Position numbers and translations under genes: made by a program. From the NCBI GenBank assembly GCA_963664825.1, contig OY761614.1, positions 224,001 to 288,000 on the forward strand: a stretch of DNA of 64,000 nt. The letters run 5' to 3'. This DNA is from an uncultured Holophaga sp. (lineage in GTDB: Bacteria > Acidobacteriota > Holophagae > Holophagales > Holophagaceae). The notes under the pieces were generated by a model. The model saw only the letters and a program-made list of their open reading frames with translations, ran no database searches and was not told where the DNA came from. Below are positions 30,388 to 39,751 of the stretch, in pieces; positions within the stretch are counted from its first letter, which is position 1; every line of letters starts with the position of its first letter.

Positions 30388-30416
30388 AAGATGACAAAGG
30401 GGCTGCCCTTCGTCAA
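30388..30416 (-). promoter_or_regulatory. Probable sigma70 promoter for the tonB leader
   Basis: Minus strand TTGACG-17 nt-CATCTT. Confidence 0.5.
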
Positions 30417-30539
30417 GTCCCGAATCCCTTCTGGATCCACAATTGACGCCATTTCCCGTTTTTTTTCCACAGGCGTGACACAGCTCCGGCACCCCGCCCT
30501 TTTTTCGTGACTTTCTCCACCGAAAACCCAGGAACCGTC

Positions 30540-31679
30540 ATGCCAACGTCACAGCTATTTCAATACACACCTGAATCCATGCGGGTTAGCCCTGCCAGGG
30601 CTGGCGGGTTCCTGACCAGCCACGGCCAGGTGTCCACTCCCGCCTTCATGCCCGTGGGCACCCAAGGAACGGTCAAGGGGACCACGCCCGCCCAGCTTCT
30701 CGAGATTGGACCCCAGGTCATTCTCGGCAACACCTACCACCTCGGCCTCCGCCCCGGCGACGCCCTGGTGGCGCAGCTGGGGGGGCTCCACGCCTTCATG
30801 GGTTGGAAAGGCCCCATCCTGACCGATTCAGGAGGGTTTCAGGTCTTCTCCCTGGCCTCCATGCGCAAGATCACGGAAGAAGGCGTGGCCTTCAGGAGCC
30901 ACCACGATGGCTCGAGCCACTTCCTCAGCCCCGAGCGGAGCATGGAGATCCAGCGCAACCTCGGCTCGGATATCGTGATGGCCCTGGATGAATGCCCGGC
31001 GGGCCGCATGGAGCGCCTCCAGCTCGAAGCCTCCATGGCCCGCACGACGCGGTGGTTGAAGCGCTGCCGGGAATACCCGCTGGCCGAGCACCAGGGCCTC
31101 TTCGCCATCAACCAGGGAGGCACCCACCTGGATCTGCGCACGCACCACCTCGAGGAGATCCTCGAGATCGACGCGCACCATCCCTTCCAGGGCTTCGCTG
31201 TCGGCGGCTTGAGCGTGGGGGAGCCCAAGGAGGAGATGAACGCCACCCTGGCGGAGTTCGTCCATCTGCTGCCGGAGGATCGCCCGCGCTATCTCATGGG
31301 CGTCGGCACCCCCGAGGATCTCCTCTTCGGCATCGAGCAGGGGGTCGACCTCTTCGATTGCGTGCTCCCCACGCGGGAGGCGCGCCATGGGCGCCTGCTC
31401 ACCTCGAGAGGCCGAATCAATATCAAGAACGCCCGGCACCGGGAGAGTCCGGAGCCCCTGGATCCCGATTGCGGCTGCTACACATGCAGGAACTTCAGCC
31501 GGGCCTACCTTCATCATCTCTTCCGGGTTGGCGAGCTTCTCGCTTCGACACTCAACAGCATCCACAACCTGAGCTACACTGTGGGACTCACCCGCGCCGC
31601 AAGGCTGGCCTTGCTGGAGAACCGATTCCCGGACTTCGCACGCCTGACGCGGGATAACTGGAAAACCGAGGAGCCTTGA
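30540..31679 (+). CDS. tgt: Queuine tRNA-ribosyltransferase
   Basis: TPAFMPVGT, LTDSGGFQVFSL, GGLSVGE, PRYLMGVG, FDCVLPTR, CxCxxC...H. Confidence 0.97.
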   Translation: MPTSQLFQYTPESMRVSPARAGGFLTSHGQVSTPAFMPVGTQGTVKGTTPAQLLEIGPQVILGNTYHLGLRPGDALVAQLGGLHAFMGWKGPILTDSGGFQVFSLASMRKITEEGVAFRSHHDGSSHFLSPERSMEIQRNLGSDIVMALDECPAGRMERLQLEASMARTTRWLKRCREYPLAEHQGLFAINQGGTHLDLRTHHLEEILEIDAHHPFQGFAVGGLSVGEPKEEMNATLAEFVHLLPEDRPRYLMGVGTPEDLLFGIEQGVDLFDCVLPTREARHGRLLTSRGRINIKNARHRESPEPLDPDCGCYTCRNFSRAYLHHLFRVGELLASTLNSIHNLSYTVGLTRAARLALLENRFPDFARLTRDNWKTEEP

Positions 31680-31985
31680 ATGTACTTAGCCCTGCTTGCA
31701 CCCACCGGCAACCCCATGCTCATGCAGCTGCTGCTCATCGGCGGCATGGGAGCCCTCTTTTACTTCCTTCTGATCCGCCCCCAGAGCAAGGCCCGCAAGG
31801 AGATGGAAGCGCGCCTCTCCAAGCTCAAGGCCGGGGACGAAGTTCTGCTGGCTTCCGGCTTCTACGCCACCGTAGACCGGGTCGAGGACAAGTTCATCTA
31901 TCTGAAGCTTGGCACCACCGTGGTCAAGGCTCGCCGCCAAGCCGTCGTGGCCCTGGCTGGTGAACCCGCTCCCGAGCAGAACTGA
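31680..31985 (+). CDS. yajC: Preprotein translocase subunit YajC
   Basis: FYFLLIRPQ, LKAGDEV; lies between tgt and secD. Confidence 0.93.
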   Translation: MYLALLAPTGNPMLMQLLLIGGMGALFYFLLIRPQSKARKEMEARLSKLKAGDEVLLASGFYATVDRVEDKFIYLKLGTTVVKARRQAVVALAGEPAPEQN

Positions 31986-32045
31986 TCCGTATCATCCCCG
32001 GAACGGTGCGGAGATTTCTCCGTGCCTCCTCTGTTGGAGCACCCT

Positions 32046-33674
32046 GTGACCAAACGGAGTATTTGGCGCCTTGCCGTGACGCTCTTCATCTGTGGCGTCT
32101 GCGCCTACTTTTTCATCCCGACCTCGAAGATCCGTCTGGGCCTCGATCTGGCCGGCGGAGTCCACTTCGAACTCGAAGTCCAGGGCCACGAGGCCCTGGA
32201 GGCCGATCTGCGGGATACCGCCGACCGGTTGCAGGACCGCCTGAAGGATAAGGGCCTGGCCGCAGCCTCCGTCAGGATCGATGGCTCCGCGGTGCGCATC
32301 GAGGGTGTGCCTCCCGAGCAGAAGGCCGTGCTCGAAAAGGTCATGGGCACCTTCAACGGCTTCGACGCCAGTTTCGATGCCCAGGGCGCACGGATGGTCC
32401 AGACCGCCTCCTACCAGAAGATGCTCAAGGAGGACGCCAGCAAGCGGGCCCTCCAGATCATCGAGAATCGCGTGAACCAGTTCGGCGTGGCCGAGCCGGA
32501 GATCACCGCCAGCGGTGCCGATGGCAACCGCATCGTGGTGGAGCTCCCGGGCGTAGGCGAGGCCGAGCGCGAGCGCATCAAGAACCTGCTCTCCACTCCT
32601 GGCCGCCTCGAACAGCGCATCAAGGCCAAGCAGGATCCCACGGGCTATCGAGGCTTCCCCACCCGGGAGGCCGCCATGACCCTCTTCAACGGTCAGCTCC
32701 CTCCCAATACGGAGCTCCTCCCCGAACTCGAGAGCGAGCGGGATCTGCGCCGGGAAGGCAAGACCGTGGCCGTCAAGGGCAAGGCCGAAGAGAAGATCAA
32801 GTGCTGGCACCTGGTCGAGACCAAGGTCTACGTGAACGGTGGGGATATCACCGATGCCCACCGCGCCGTCAACCCCACCACCGACGCCAGCGAGATCAAC
32901 TTCACCCTGAACCGCAAGGGGGGCGATGATTTCGCCAACCTCACGAGCATCGCCTCCGATGAGGGCCGCCTCATCTCCATCGTCCTGGACCGCAAGGTCG
33001 TCAGCAACCTCTCCTGCAAGGAGCGCATCGCCGGAGGCAGCGTAAGGGTGAGCGGCACCTTCAGCAAGGAGGAGGCCGAGGACTTCGCCCTGAAGCTCAA
33101 GAGCGGCTCCATGCGCGCCTCCATGAAGTTCCTGGAGGAGAAGTCCATGGGCCCCAGCCTGGGCGCCGATTCCATCAAATCCGGCGTACTCGCGGCCCTC
33201 CTGGGCTTTGGCACGATCATCATCTTCATGCTCTTCTACTACAAGTGGTCCGGCCTCAACGCCATCGTGGCCCTCACGGTGAACCTCATCGTGATGCTCG
33301 GCCTCCTGGGATCCTTCAATGCCGTGCTCACGTTACCGGGCATCGCGGGCTTCGCCCTCACCCTGGGCATGGCGGTGGACGCCAATATCCTGATCTTCGA
33401 ACGCATCCGGGAGGAATTGAAGACCGGCAAGAGCGTAGCAGGCGCCATCCAGGCCGGCTTCGACCGGGTGTTCTGGACCATCGTCGATAGCCACGTCACC
33501 CAGCTGTTTTCGGCCATGCTGCTCTTCATCTTCGGCACAGGCCCCGTGAAGGGCTTCGCCGTCACGCTCACCGTGGGCATTGTCGCCTCGCTCTTCACCA
33601 GCATCTACATCAGCCGATTCATCTACGACTGGGTCCTGGAACACCATCCCGGCACCAAGACCCTCTCCGTCTGA
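32046..33674 (+). CDS. secD: Protein translocase subunit SecD
   Basis: LGLDLAGG, RVNQFGVAEP, GPSLGADSI, GMAVDANILIFERIREE; GTG start with ggag RBS (alternative 32022). Confidence 0.95.
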   Translation: MTKRSIWRLAVTLFICGVCAYFFIPTSKIRLGLDLAGGVHFELEVQGHEALEADLRDTADRLQDRLKDKGLAAASVRIDGSAVRIEGVPPEQKAVLEKVMGTFNGFDASFDAQGARMVQTASYQKMLKEDASKRALQIIENRVNQFGVAEPEITASGADGNRIVVELPGVGEAERERIKNLLSTPGRLEQRIKAKQDPTGYRGFPTREAAMTLFNGQLPPNTELLPELESERDLRREGKTVAVKGKAEEKIKCWHLVETKVYVNGGDITDAHRAVNPTTDASEINFTLNRKGGDDFANLTSIASDEGRLISIVLDRKVVSNLSCKERIAGGSVRVSGTFSKEEAEDFALKLKSGSMRASMKFLEEKSMGPSLGADSIKSGVLAALLGFGTIIIFMLFYYKWSGLNAIVALTVNLIVMLGLLGSFNAVLTLPGIAGFALTLGMAVDANILIFERIREELKTGKSVAGAIQAGFDRVFWTIVDSHVTQLFSAMLLFIFGTGPVKGFAVTLTVGIVASLFTSIYISRFIYDWVLEHHPGTKTLSV

Positions 33675-33768
33675 TGGCCCATCGCTTCGCATCCCTTCGC
33701 GAGACTCGGACCTTCCCACTCACGCCTCCGACCTCTCTGTTGTCCTTCGGCTCCTCCTTCGTGGCGGC

Positions 33769-34980
33769 ATGACCATGCGCATCTTCGATAATCTCCCCCA
33801 CATCGACTTCATGAAATACAAGGCCATCGCCTTGTCCATCTCCTGGGGTCTCATCATCGTCTGCCTGACGGCGGCCATGCCCTGGAAGGGTTCGGGCAGC
33901 CGCGTGAAGCTGGGCATGCAGTTCACCGGCGGCATCGATATGCAGGTGCGCTTCAAGGGCGATGTGCACCAGGACATCATCCGCACGGCCCTCGGCCACG
34001 GGGGATTCCCGGATGCCGCGGTGGTCGCCTACCAGGGCCCCGCCGGGTTCAAGGACTATTCCATCAAGGTCAAGGCCCGCAAGGGGCAGGACGAGAAGGA
34101 TTCCACCGCCCAGATCAACAAGATCCGCGACATCCTGCGGAGCCTCGACGCCCATGCCGCCCAGGATCATCGCCCCGATCTCAACACCGAGGGCGCCCTT
34201 GCCCTCACGGATCAGTGGACGAAATCCAACCCCCTCAATATCCAGGGGGACGAGACGGCTCTCCGTCAGGCCTACGAGCCCCTGGTGAAGAAGATCGCCG
34301 ATACCCGCGAGAAGTTCGCGCCCATGACCAGCTTCGATCAGCTGCCCAAGGACCTGCCCAAGGTGCTCACCGATCAGCTCCGGACAAACTATCGCCTGGG
34401 GATGCTGTCCTTCCAGAAAAACGAGAGTTTCTCCCCCAGCATCTCCGGCGAATGGACCCGCAAGACGCTCACCGCCGTGGCCTGGGCGCTCGGCGCCATC
34501 ATGCTCTACGTGATGCTCCGCTTCACCTGGAGCTTTGCCGTCGGTGGCATCGTCTCCCTCATCCACGACATCCTCATGGCCATCGGCATCTTCACCCTCT
34601 TCGGCTTCGAATATTCCGTGCCGGTGGTGGCCAGCTTCCTGATCCTCATCGGGTATTCCATGGCCGACACCATCGTGGTCTTCGATCGCATCCGCGAGAA
34701 CAGCCACAAGCCCGAGTACCGCAGGACGACCATCAGCCAGCTGGTGAACGATTCCATCAACCAGACCCTCAGCCGCACGATCCTCACCTCCATGTCCGTG
34801 CTCTTCGTGGCGGTCTGCCTGTTCATGTGGGGCGGCCCGGCCCTGCGGGATCTCAGCTTCCCGCTGGTCATCGGCGTCATCACCGGCACCTACAGTTCCA
34901 TCTACATCGCCAGCCCCGTGGTCGTCTACTGGGAGAAGTGGTTCCCCCGGCACGATAGCCTCAAACAGAAGCACGCCTGA
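33769..34980 (+). CDS. secF: Protein translocase subunit SecF
   Basis: G..FTGG, HD, GYS..DTIVVFDRIRE, QTLSRTILTS, GTYSSIYIASP. Confidence 0.95.
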   Translation: MTMRIFDNLPHIDFMKYKAIALSISWGLIIVCLTAAMPWKGSGSRVKLGMQFTGGIDMQVRFKGDVHQDIIRTALGHGGFPDAAVVAYQGPAGFKDYSIKVKARKGQDEKDSTAQINKIRDILRSLDAHAAQDHRPDLNTEGALALTDQWTKSNPLNIQGDETALRQAYEPLVKKIADTREKFAPMTSFDQLPKDLPKVLTDQLRTNYRLGMLSFQKNESFSPSISGEWTRKTLTAVAWALGAIMLYVMLRFTWSFAVGGIVSLIHDILMAIGIFTLFGFEYSVPVVASFLILIGYSMADTIVVFDRIRENSHKPEYRRTTISQLVNDSINQTLSRTILTSMSVLFVAVCLFMWGGPALRDLSFPLVIGVITGTYSSIYIASPVVVYWEKWFPRHDSLKQKHA

Positions 34981-34982
34981 AA

Positions 34983-35090
34983 AAGGTGCTGCTCCGGGCA
35001 GCCGCCGAGACACGAGGCGGCGTGGAGCAGGACGAGCCAGGCTCGGGCGAAGCCCGAACTGGAGCGACCTGCGACCCGGAGTGCCCGACA
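34983..35090 (+). repeat. Structured 3'-UTR element (family A), copy after secF
   Basis: Shares both ends and the gccgccga..cacgag core with 57545-57657 (opposite strand). Confidence 0.65.
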
Positions 35091-35124
35091 TAAGAGAAAC
35101 GGCCCTCGCGGGCCGTTTCTCTTA
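35091..35124. terminator. Bidirectional terminator between secF and S9 peptidase
   Basis: 15-bp perfect stem taagagaaacggccc-tcgc-gggccgtttctctta. Confidence 0.85.
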
Positions 35125-36129
35125 CCTCAAGTGCTTCGCCAGGAACTCGTAGATCTCCTGGCGGGACTCTTGAGCTAGGCTCGTATCGATGCGATTGAAG
35201 GAATGGCCACCGGGGGCGTCCACGTAGATCCGGGACTGGACGTCCTTTCCGGCGGCCTTGAGGGCCCGGAGGAGCTGTTCGACCTCCACCACGTTCACGT
35301 CCCGATCATTGGTGGTGGAATGCACCAGCAACGGGGTCTTCAGCTTCTGGACATTCCAGACGGGGCTGCGCTTGCGGAAGCGTTCCACATCCTCGGTGGC
35401 CGTCTTCCCGAAGAGGCCCCGGATCACCTTCTCGTCCTTGTACTCGTCTCCCGCGTAGCCCAGCCGGGCCAGGAGATCCGATACCGGCACGCCCGCGTAG
35501 GCCGCCTTGAACTTCTCGGGATGATCGAAGACCGCCATCAGGGCGATGAGGCCGCCGTGGCTCCAGCCCACCATGGCGCAGCGAGCGCCATCCACGAAGG
35601 GCAGATGTTCCACGGCCCAGTCCCGGCCCGCCACCACATCCTCGATCTCCAGGCCGCCGTAATCGGCGGCATCGAAGTATTCCTTCCCGTAGCCCGTGGA
35701 GCCACGGTATTCGGGGGCCACCACCACATAGCCCCGCTCCAACATCTCCCGCACGATGTGGACATGGTAGGTGCCGAAATCGGCGTGGGTGCCGCCATGG
35801 GGCAGCACCAGCAGCGGATGCTTCTTCGTGCGGTCCAGCTTCCGAGGCACGAAGACGTACTGGTAGACCTTCATGGGGTGGCGCTCGTTCTTGATCCCGT
35901 AGGTCTCCTCGGCCTTGGGATTGGGGGGTCCCACGTAGGTCACCTTGTCCACCTCGGCGATATCCGAGAGCCGCTGGAACCACAGCACGTCATCGGTGGC
36001 CTTGCGCAGCGAGGCCAATTCCCACTGGACGGCTTCCAGCTTCCGGGTCCCCTCGGATTCCTGGGCCGCCAGGAAGGGCAGTCCGAGCAGGAATGCGGCG
36101 GGCACGGCGAAATACCGGTGACGATCCAT
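35122..36129 (-). CDS. Secreted S9-family serine peptidase (alpha/beta hydrolase)
   Basis: Signal peptide; HGG, YRGSTGYG, GWSHGG, D..V, GGHSF. Confidence 0.9.
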   Translation of the reverse strand: MDRHRYFAVPAAFLLGLPFLAAQESEGTRKLEAVQWELASLRKATDDVLWFQRLSDIAEVDKVTYVGPPNPKAEETYGIKNERHPMKVYQYVFVPRKLDRTKKHPLLVLPHGGTHADFGTYHVHIVREMLERGYVVVAPEYRGSTGYGKEYFDAADYGGLEIEDVVAGRDWAVEHLPFVDGARCAMVGWSHGGLIALMAVFDHPEKFKAAYAGVPVSDLLARLGYAGDEYKDEKVIRGLFGKTATEDVERFRKRSPVWNVQKLKTPLLVHSTTNDRDVNVVEVEQLLRALKAAGKDVQSRIYVDAPGGHSFNRIDTSLAQESRQEIYEFLAKHLR

Positions 36130-36228
36130 GGCAGAACCTCCAAGCGATAAAAGGGATCCACGCCAAGCCTATCGCGATTGCCCTCGTGTAAGATGGGGCC
36201 ACCCAACTCCACCCATAAGGAAGGCGCC

Positions 36229-37440
36229 ATGCAGAGACTCCAGGGCAAGGCCGTGGTCGCCCAAGGGGGAGGCCCTACGGCTGTAATCAACCAAAGCCTC
36301 GTGGGCGTGGTCCTAGAGGCCCGGAAATACCCCTTCATCACCCAGGTCTACGGGGCCCGCTACGGCGTGCGAGGCATCCTCCAGGAGGATTTCGTGGATC
36401 TCTCCCAGGCCACCACCCACAACATGGAGATGGTGGCCATCACGCCCTCTTCGGCGCTGGGTTCCACCCGGGACAAGCCCGACGAGGAATACTGCGCCCG
36501 CATGGTGGAGGTCTTCCAGAAGCACGAGGTGCGCTACTTCTTCTACATCGGCGGCAACGACTCCGCCGAGACCTGCCGCATCGTCTCGGGCTTTGCCCGG
36601 GAGCGGAACTACGATCTGCGGGTCATGCACATCCCCAAGACCATCGATAACGATCTCCTGGTGACCGATCACTGCCCGGGTTTCGGCAGCGCCTCCAAGT
36701 TCGTGGTGAGCGCCTTCGCGGGCCTGGATCTGGACAACTACGCCATCCCCGGAGTCTTCGTGGGGGTGGTCATGGGCCGCAGCGCGGGATTCCTCACGGC
36801 CTCCTCCGTCTTCGCCCGGCGCTGGCCCCACGACGGCCCCCACCTCATCTACGTCCCGGAGGCCCCCTTCGCCATGGAGCGCTTCCTGAGGGATGTGGAC
36901 CGAGTCTATAGCGAGCATGGCCGTTGCGTGGTCGCGGTCTGTGAGGGCATCGTCTCCGAGGACGGGGAGCCCATGCTCGCCAAGCTCAACGCGGAACAGG
37001 AGCGCGACCCCTTCGGCAACGTCCAACTCTCCGGCCGCAGCACCCTGGGCGACGCCCTCTCGGACGCCATCAAATCCCAGCTCAAGATCAAGCGGGTGCG
37101 CTGCGATACCTTCGGGTATCTCCAGCGTTCCTTCCTGGGGGTGATCTCGGAGGTGGATTCCAGCGAGGCCCGGGACGTGGGGGAAACCGCCGTCCACTTC
37201 GCCGTGCACCGGGAGCAGAGCGGTTCGGTGGCCATCCGCCGCACCGGGGACTACTCTGTGGATTACTTCGTGACCCCCCTGGAGACGGTGGCTGCAAGCA
37301 CCAAGGCCCTGCCCCCATGCTTCCTCCGAAACGGGAGCGACATCAGCGAGACCTTCAAGGACTATTGCCGCCCCCTCATGGGCCCCCTGCCCCAATTCGA
37401 CCGACTCATCGCCCCCCCAGTGGATCTCGATTCAATCTAG
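36229..37440 (+). CDS. pfp: 6-phosphofructokinase, probably PPi-dependent
   Basis: QGGGPTAVIN, GGNDS (Asp at the PPi-specific position), PKTIDND, MGR.AG.L. Confidence 0.85.
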   Translation: MQRLQGKAVVAQGGGPTAVINQSLVGVVLEARKYPFITQVYGARYGVRGILQEDFVDLSQATTHNMEMVAITPSSALGSTRDKPDEEYCARMVEVFQKHEVRYFFYIGGNDSAETCRIVSGFARERNYDLRVMHIPKTIDNDLLVTDHCPGFGSASKFVVSAFAGLDLDNYAIPGVFVGVVMGRSAGFLTASSVFARRWPHDGPHLIYVPEAPFAMERFLRDVDRVYSEHGRCVVAVCEGIVSEDGEPMLAKLNAEQERDPFGNVQLSGRSTLGDALSDAIKSQLKIKRVRCDTFGYLQRSFLGVISEVDSSEARDVGETAVHFAVHREQSGSVAIRRTGDYSVDYFVTPLETVAASTKALPPCFLRNGSDISETFKDYCRPLMGPLPQFDRLIAPPVDLDSI

Positions 37441-37455
37441 AGAAAGGAAGTGCCC

Positions 37456-38103
37456 ATGCTCCGAATGGCCTTCGGGCTTCTCCTCGCCGCCACAGTCAGC
37501 GCCCAATCCGCGCAGCCGACCAAACCCCTCCAGCTTCCCCCCATCCAGCCGAGCGCCGCCTCCCTCGATAGGGCCCTCCAGGAGCGACAGACCCGCCGGG
37601 ATCTGACAGGCCCAGCCCTTTCCCTCCCGGAGGCCGCCCGTCTGCTCTGGAGCGCCCAGGGGGAGAACCGCCCCGGCAAGCGCACGGTCCCCAGCGCCCG
37701 CGCCCGCTATCCCCTGGAACTCTACCTGCTCACCGAGGGCAGCCCTTCCCTGCCTGCGGGGTTCTACCGCTACCTGCCCCGGGAACATGCCCTCCAGAAG
37801 CTGGGCGACAGGGGCGTGGACGCCCTGCTGGGGCCGCTCAAGGGCATGCAGCCCTGGATTGCCAAGGCTCCTGCGGTCTTCCTCTTCACCGGCGTGCCCA
37901 GCCGCCTGGGGGGCTCCCGGCAGGATGTCTATACCTTCTGGGAGAGCGGCGCAGCCACCCAGGCCCTGTTGCTCCAGGCCACAGCCATGGGCCTCGGCAG
38001 CGGCGTAGCCTCCGGGATCGACTTCCCGAGCCTCCAGGTCGCGCTGGCACTGCCCCCGGGGGAGCAGTCCACCGTCGTGGTCGCCCTGGGACACTTCAAA
38101 TAG
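37456..38103 (+). CDS. SagB/ThcOx-like nitroreductase-family protein with signal peptide
   Basis: R.T.R, LLWSAQG, RTVPSA.A.YPLELY, ESG...Q.LLLQA.A.GLG. Confidence 0.8.
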   Translation: MLRMAFGLLLAATVSAQSAQPTKPLQLPPIQPSAASLDRALQERQTRRDLTGPALSLPEAARLLWSAQGENRPGKRTVPSARARYPLELYLLTEGSPSLPAGFYRYLPREHALQKLGDRGVDALLGPLKGMQPWIAKAPAVFLFTGVPSRLGGSRQDVYTFWESGAATQALLLQATAMGLGSGVASGIDFPSLQVALALPPGEQSTVVVALGHFK

Positions 38104-38104
38104 A

Positions 38105-38144
38105 GAACCGGGAAGACCAGGCCTGCGCCCCGTCTTCCCGGTTC
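38105..38144. terminator. Hairpin between convergent genes
   Basis: gaaccgggaagac ... gtcttcccggttc (13 bp). Confidence 0.55.
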
Positions 38145-38175
38145 GGATACATCCCTTGCCCTCAGTGGAGGAAGA

Positions 38176-39546
38176 TCAAGCCCAGGCGAAATCGGCCACG
38201 AAGTGGCGCAGGAACTTGGGCTGCTTGATGATCTTGACGCCGCGGATGCTCTTGGCGTGGGCCTTGGCATCGGCGATGACCTCGGCGGCGAAGTCGAAGT
38301 GGGACTGGGTGTACATCCGGCGGGGGAAGGCCAGGCGCACCAGTTCCATGCTGTGGTAGGTCTCTGTGCCATCGTCGAGGTGCTTGCCGAACATCACCGA
38401 TCCGATCTCCACGCCCCGGATGCCGCCCTCCAGGTAGAGCGCGTTGCAGAGGGCCCAGGCGGGATACTGTTCCACGGGCATATCCGGTAGCACGGTCTTG
38501 GCATCGATGTAGACGGCGTGACCGCCCGTGGGTTTCACGAAGCCGATGCCCGCAGCCTCCAGCTTCTCGCCCAGGTATTCGGCGGTGCGCAGACGATAGC
38601 GCAGGTAGCTCTCGTCCATGCCCTCCTCCAGGCCCACGGCCATGGCCTCCAGATCACGCCCGGCCAAGCCGCCATAGGTGAGGAAGCCCTCGGCGAGGAT
38701 CAGCATCTCGTTGACCTGGTCCAGCCATTCGCCGTCCCGCAGCATGATGAAGCCGCCGATATTGACCAGGGCGTCCTTCTTGGCGCTCATGGTGCAGCCG
38801 TCGGCATAGGAGAACATCTCCTGGCAGATGGCCTTGATGCTCGTGTTCTGGTAGCCATCCTCGCGCATCTTGATGAACATGGCGTTTTCCGCGAAGCGGC
38901 AAACATCCATGATGAGCTTCTTGCCATATTTCTTCAGGAGCTGGCTGTAGGCGCGGATATTGGCCATGGACACGGGCTGTCCGCCGCCGGTGTTGTTGGT
39001 GACGGTGATCATGCCGAAGGGGATGCGGTGGCCATCCTTCTTCAGGACTTCTTCCACCCGGGCCAGATCGATATTGCCCTTGAAGGGGTGGATGAGGGCG
39101 GGCTGGAGCCCCTCGGGGATCACCAGGTCCACGGCCTCCACTCCCAGGAACTCCAGGTTGCCCCGGGTGGTATCGAAGTGGCAGTTGTTGAGGACCAGGT
39201 CGCCCTTCTTGCAGACGGCGCCGAAGAGCACCTTCTCCGCGGCGCGGCCCTGGTGGGTGGGGATGAAGTGGGGCATTCCCGTGATGTCCTGGAGCACGGA
39301 CTGGAGACGGTAGAAGCTCTTGGCGCCGGCATAGGATTCGTCGCCGATCATGATGGCGCCCCACTGGGCGGAGCTCATGGCGCCGGTGCCGGAATCCGTG
39401 AGCCAGTCGATGAGGACATCCTCGGCGCGGAGCTTGAAGACATTGAGATTGGCTGCCTCGAGCAGCTTCACCCGGTCCTCTCGGGTGGTCATACGGATGG
39501 GTTCCACGGACTTGATGCGGAAGGGTTCGATCATGGTCTTGGGCAT
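38176..39546 (-). CDS. tnaA: Tryptophanase (beta-eliminating lyase)
   Basis: EPFRIK.VE, TDSGT, THQGRAAE, MSAKKD (PLP). HFDTT, VEIGS and LRHF match tryptophanase rather than tyrosine phenol-lyase. Confidence 0.85.
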   Translation of the reverse strand: MPKTMIEPFRIKSVEPIRMTTREDRVKLLEAANLNVFKLRAEDVLIDWLTDSGTGAMSSAQWGAIMIGDESYAGAKSFYRLQSVLQDITGMPHFIPTHQGRAAEKVLFGAVCKKGDLVLNNCHFDTTRGNLEFLGVEAVDLVIPEGLQPALIHPFKGNIDLARVEEVLKKDGHRIPFGMITVTNNTGGGQPVSMANIRAYSQLLKKYGKKLIMDVCRFAENAMFIKMREDGYQNTSIKAICQEMFSYADGCTMSAKKDALVNIGGFIMLRDGEWLDQVNEMLILAEGFLTYGGLAGRDLEAMAVGLEEGMDESYLRYRLRTAEYLGEKLEAAGIGFVKPTGGHAVYIDAKTVLPDMPVEQYPAWALCNALYLEGGIRGVEIGSVMFGKHLDDGTETYHSMELVRLAFPRRMYTQSHFDFAAEVIADAKAHAKSIRGVKIIKQPKFLRHFVADFAWA

Positions 39547-39599
39547 GGAATGGCCTCGTTCGGTGGTTCGAAGGGATGAGAGATGGGGAGATTTTGGAG

Positions 39600-39712
39600 C
39601 CAGGCGCGGGGCGGAGAACCTTCCCCGCGCCCCCAGGACTCAGTTCTCCGCGCAGGCGGACCTCGCCTCGTGCTCGGCTCGGCGGCACATCCTGCGGCCT
39701 CCCGGGGCCGTT
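39600..39712 (-). repeat. Structured intergenic element sharing the family A core
   Basis: Minus strand gccgccgag..cacgaggcg core plus gcggagaac/gttctccgc stem. Confidence 0.45.
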
Positions 39713-39751
39713 TCGAATCGATCCAGAGCCATTGGTTTCGATGGTATCCGA

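Noticed and set aside
30275..30540. preQ1 or cobalamin riboswitch between tonB and tgt
   Set aside because: No recognisable aptamer consensus on either strand; kept only as an unknown leader.
37456..38103. SagB-like gene as a RiPP cluster
   Set aside because: No YcaO, precursor peptide or dedicated exporter nearby.
39640..39732. 30-aa ORF upstream of tnaA as a TnaC leader peptide
   Set aside because: No Trp and no terminal Pro-stop.
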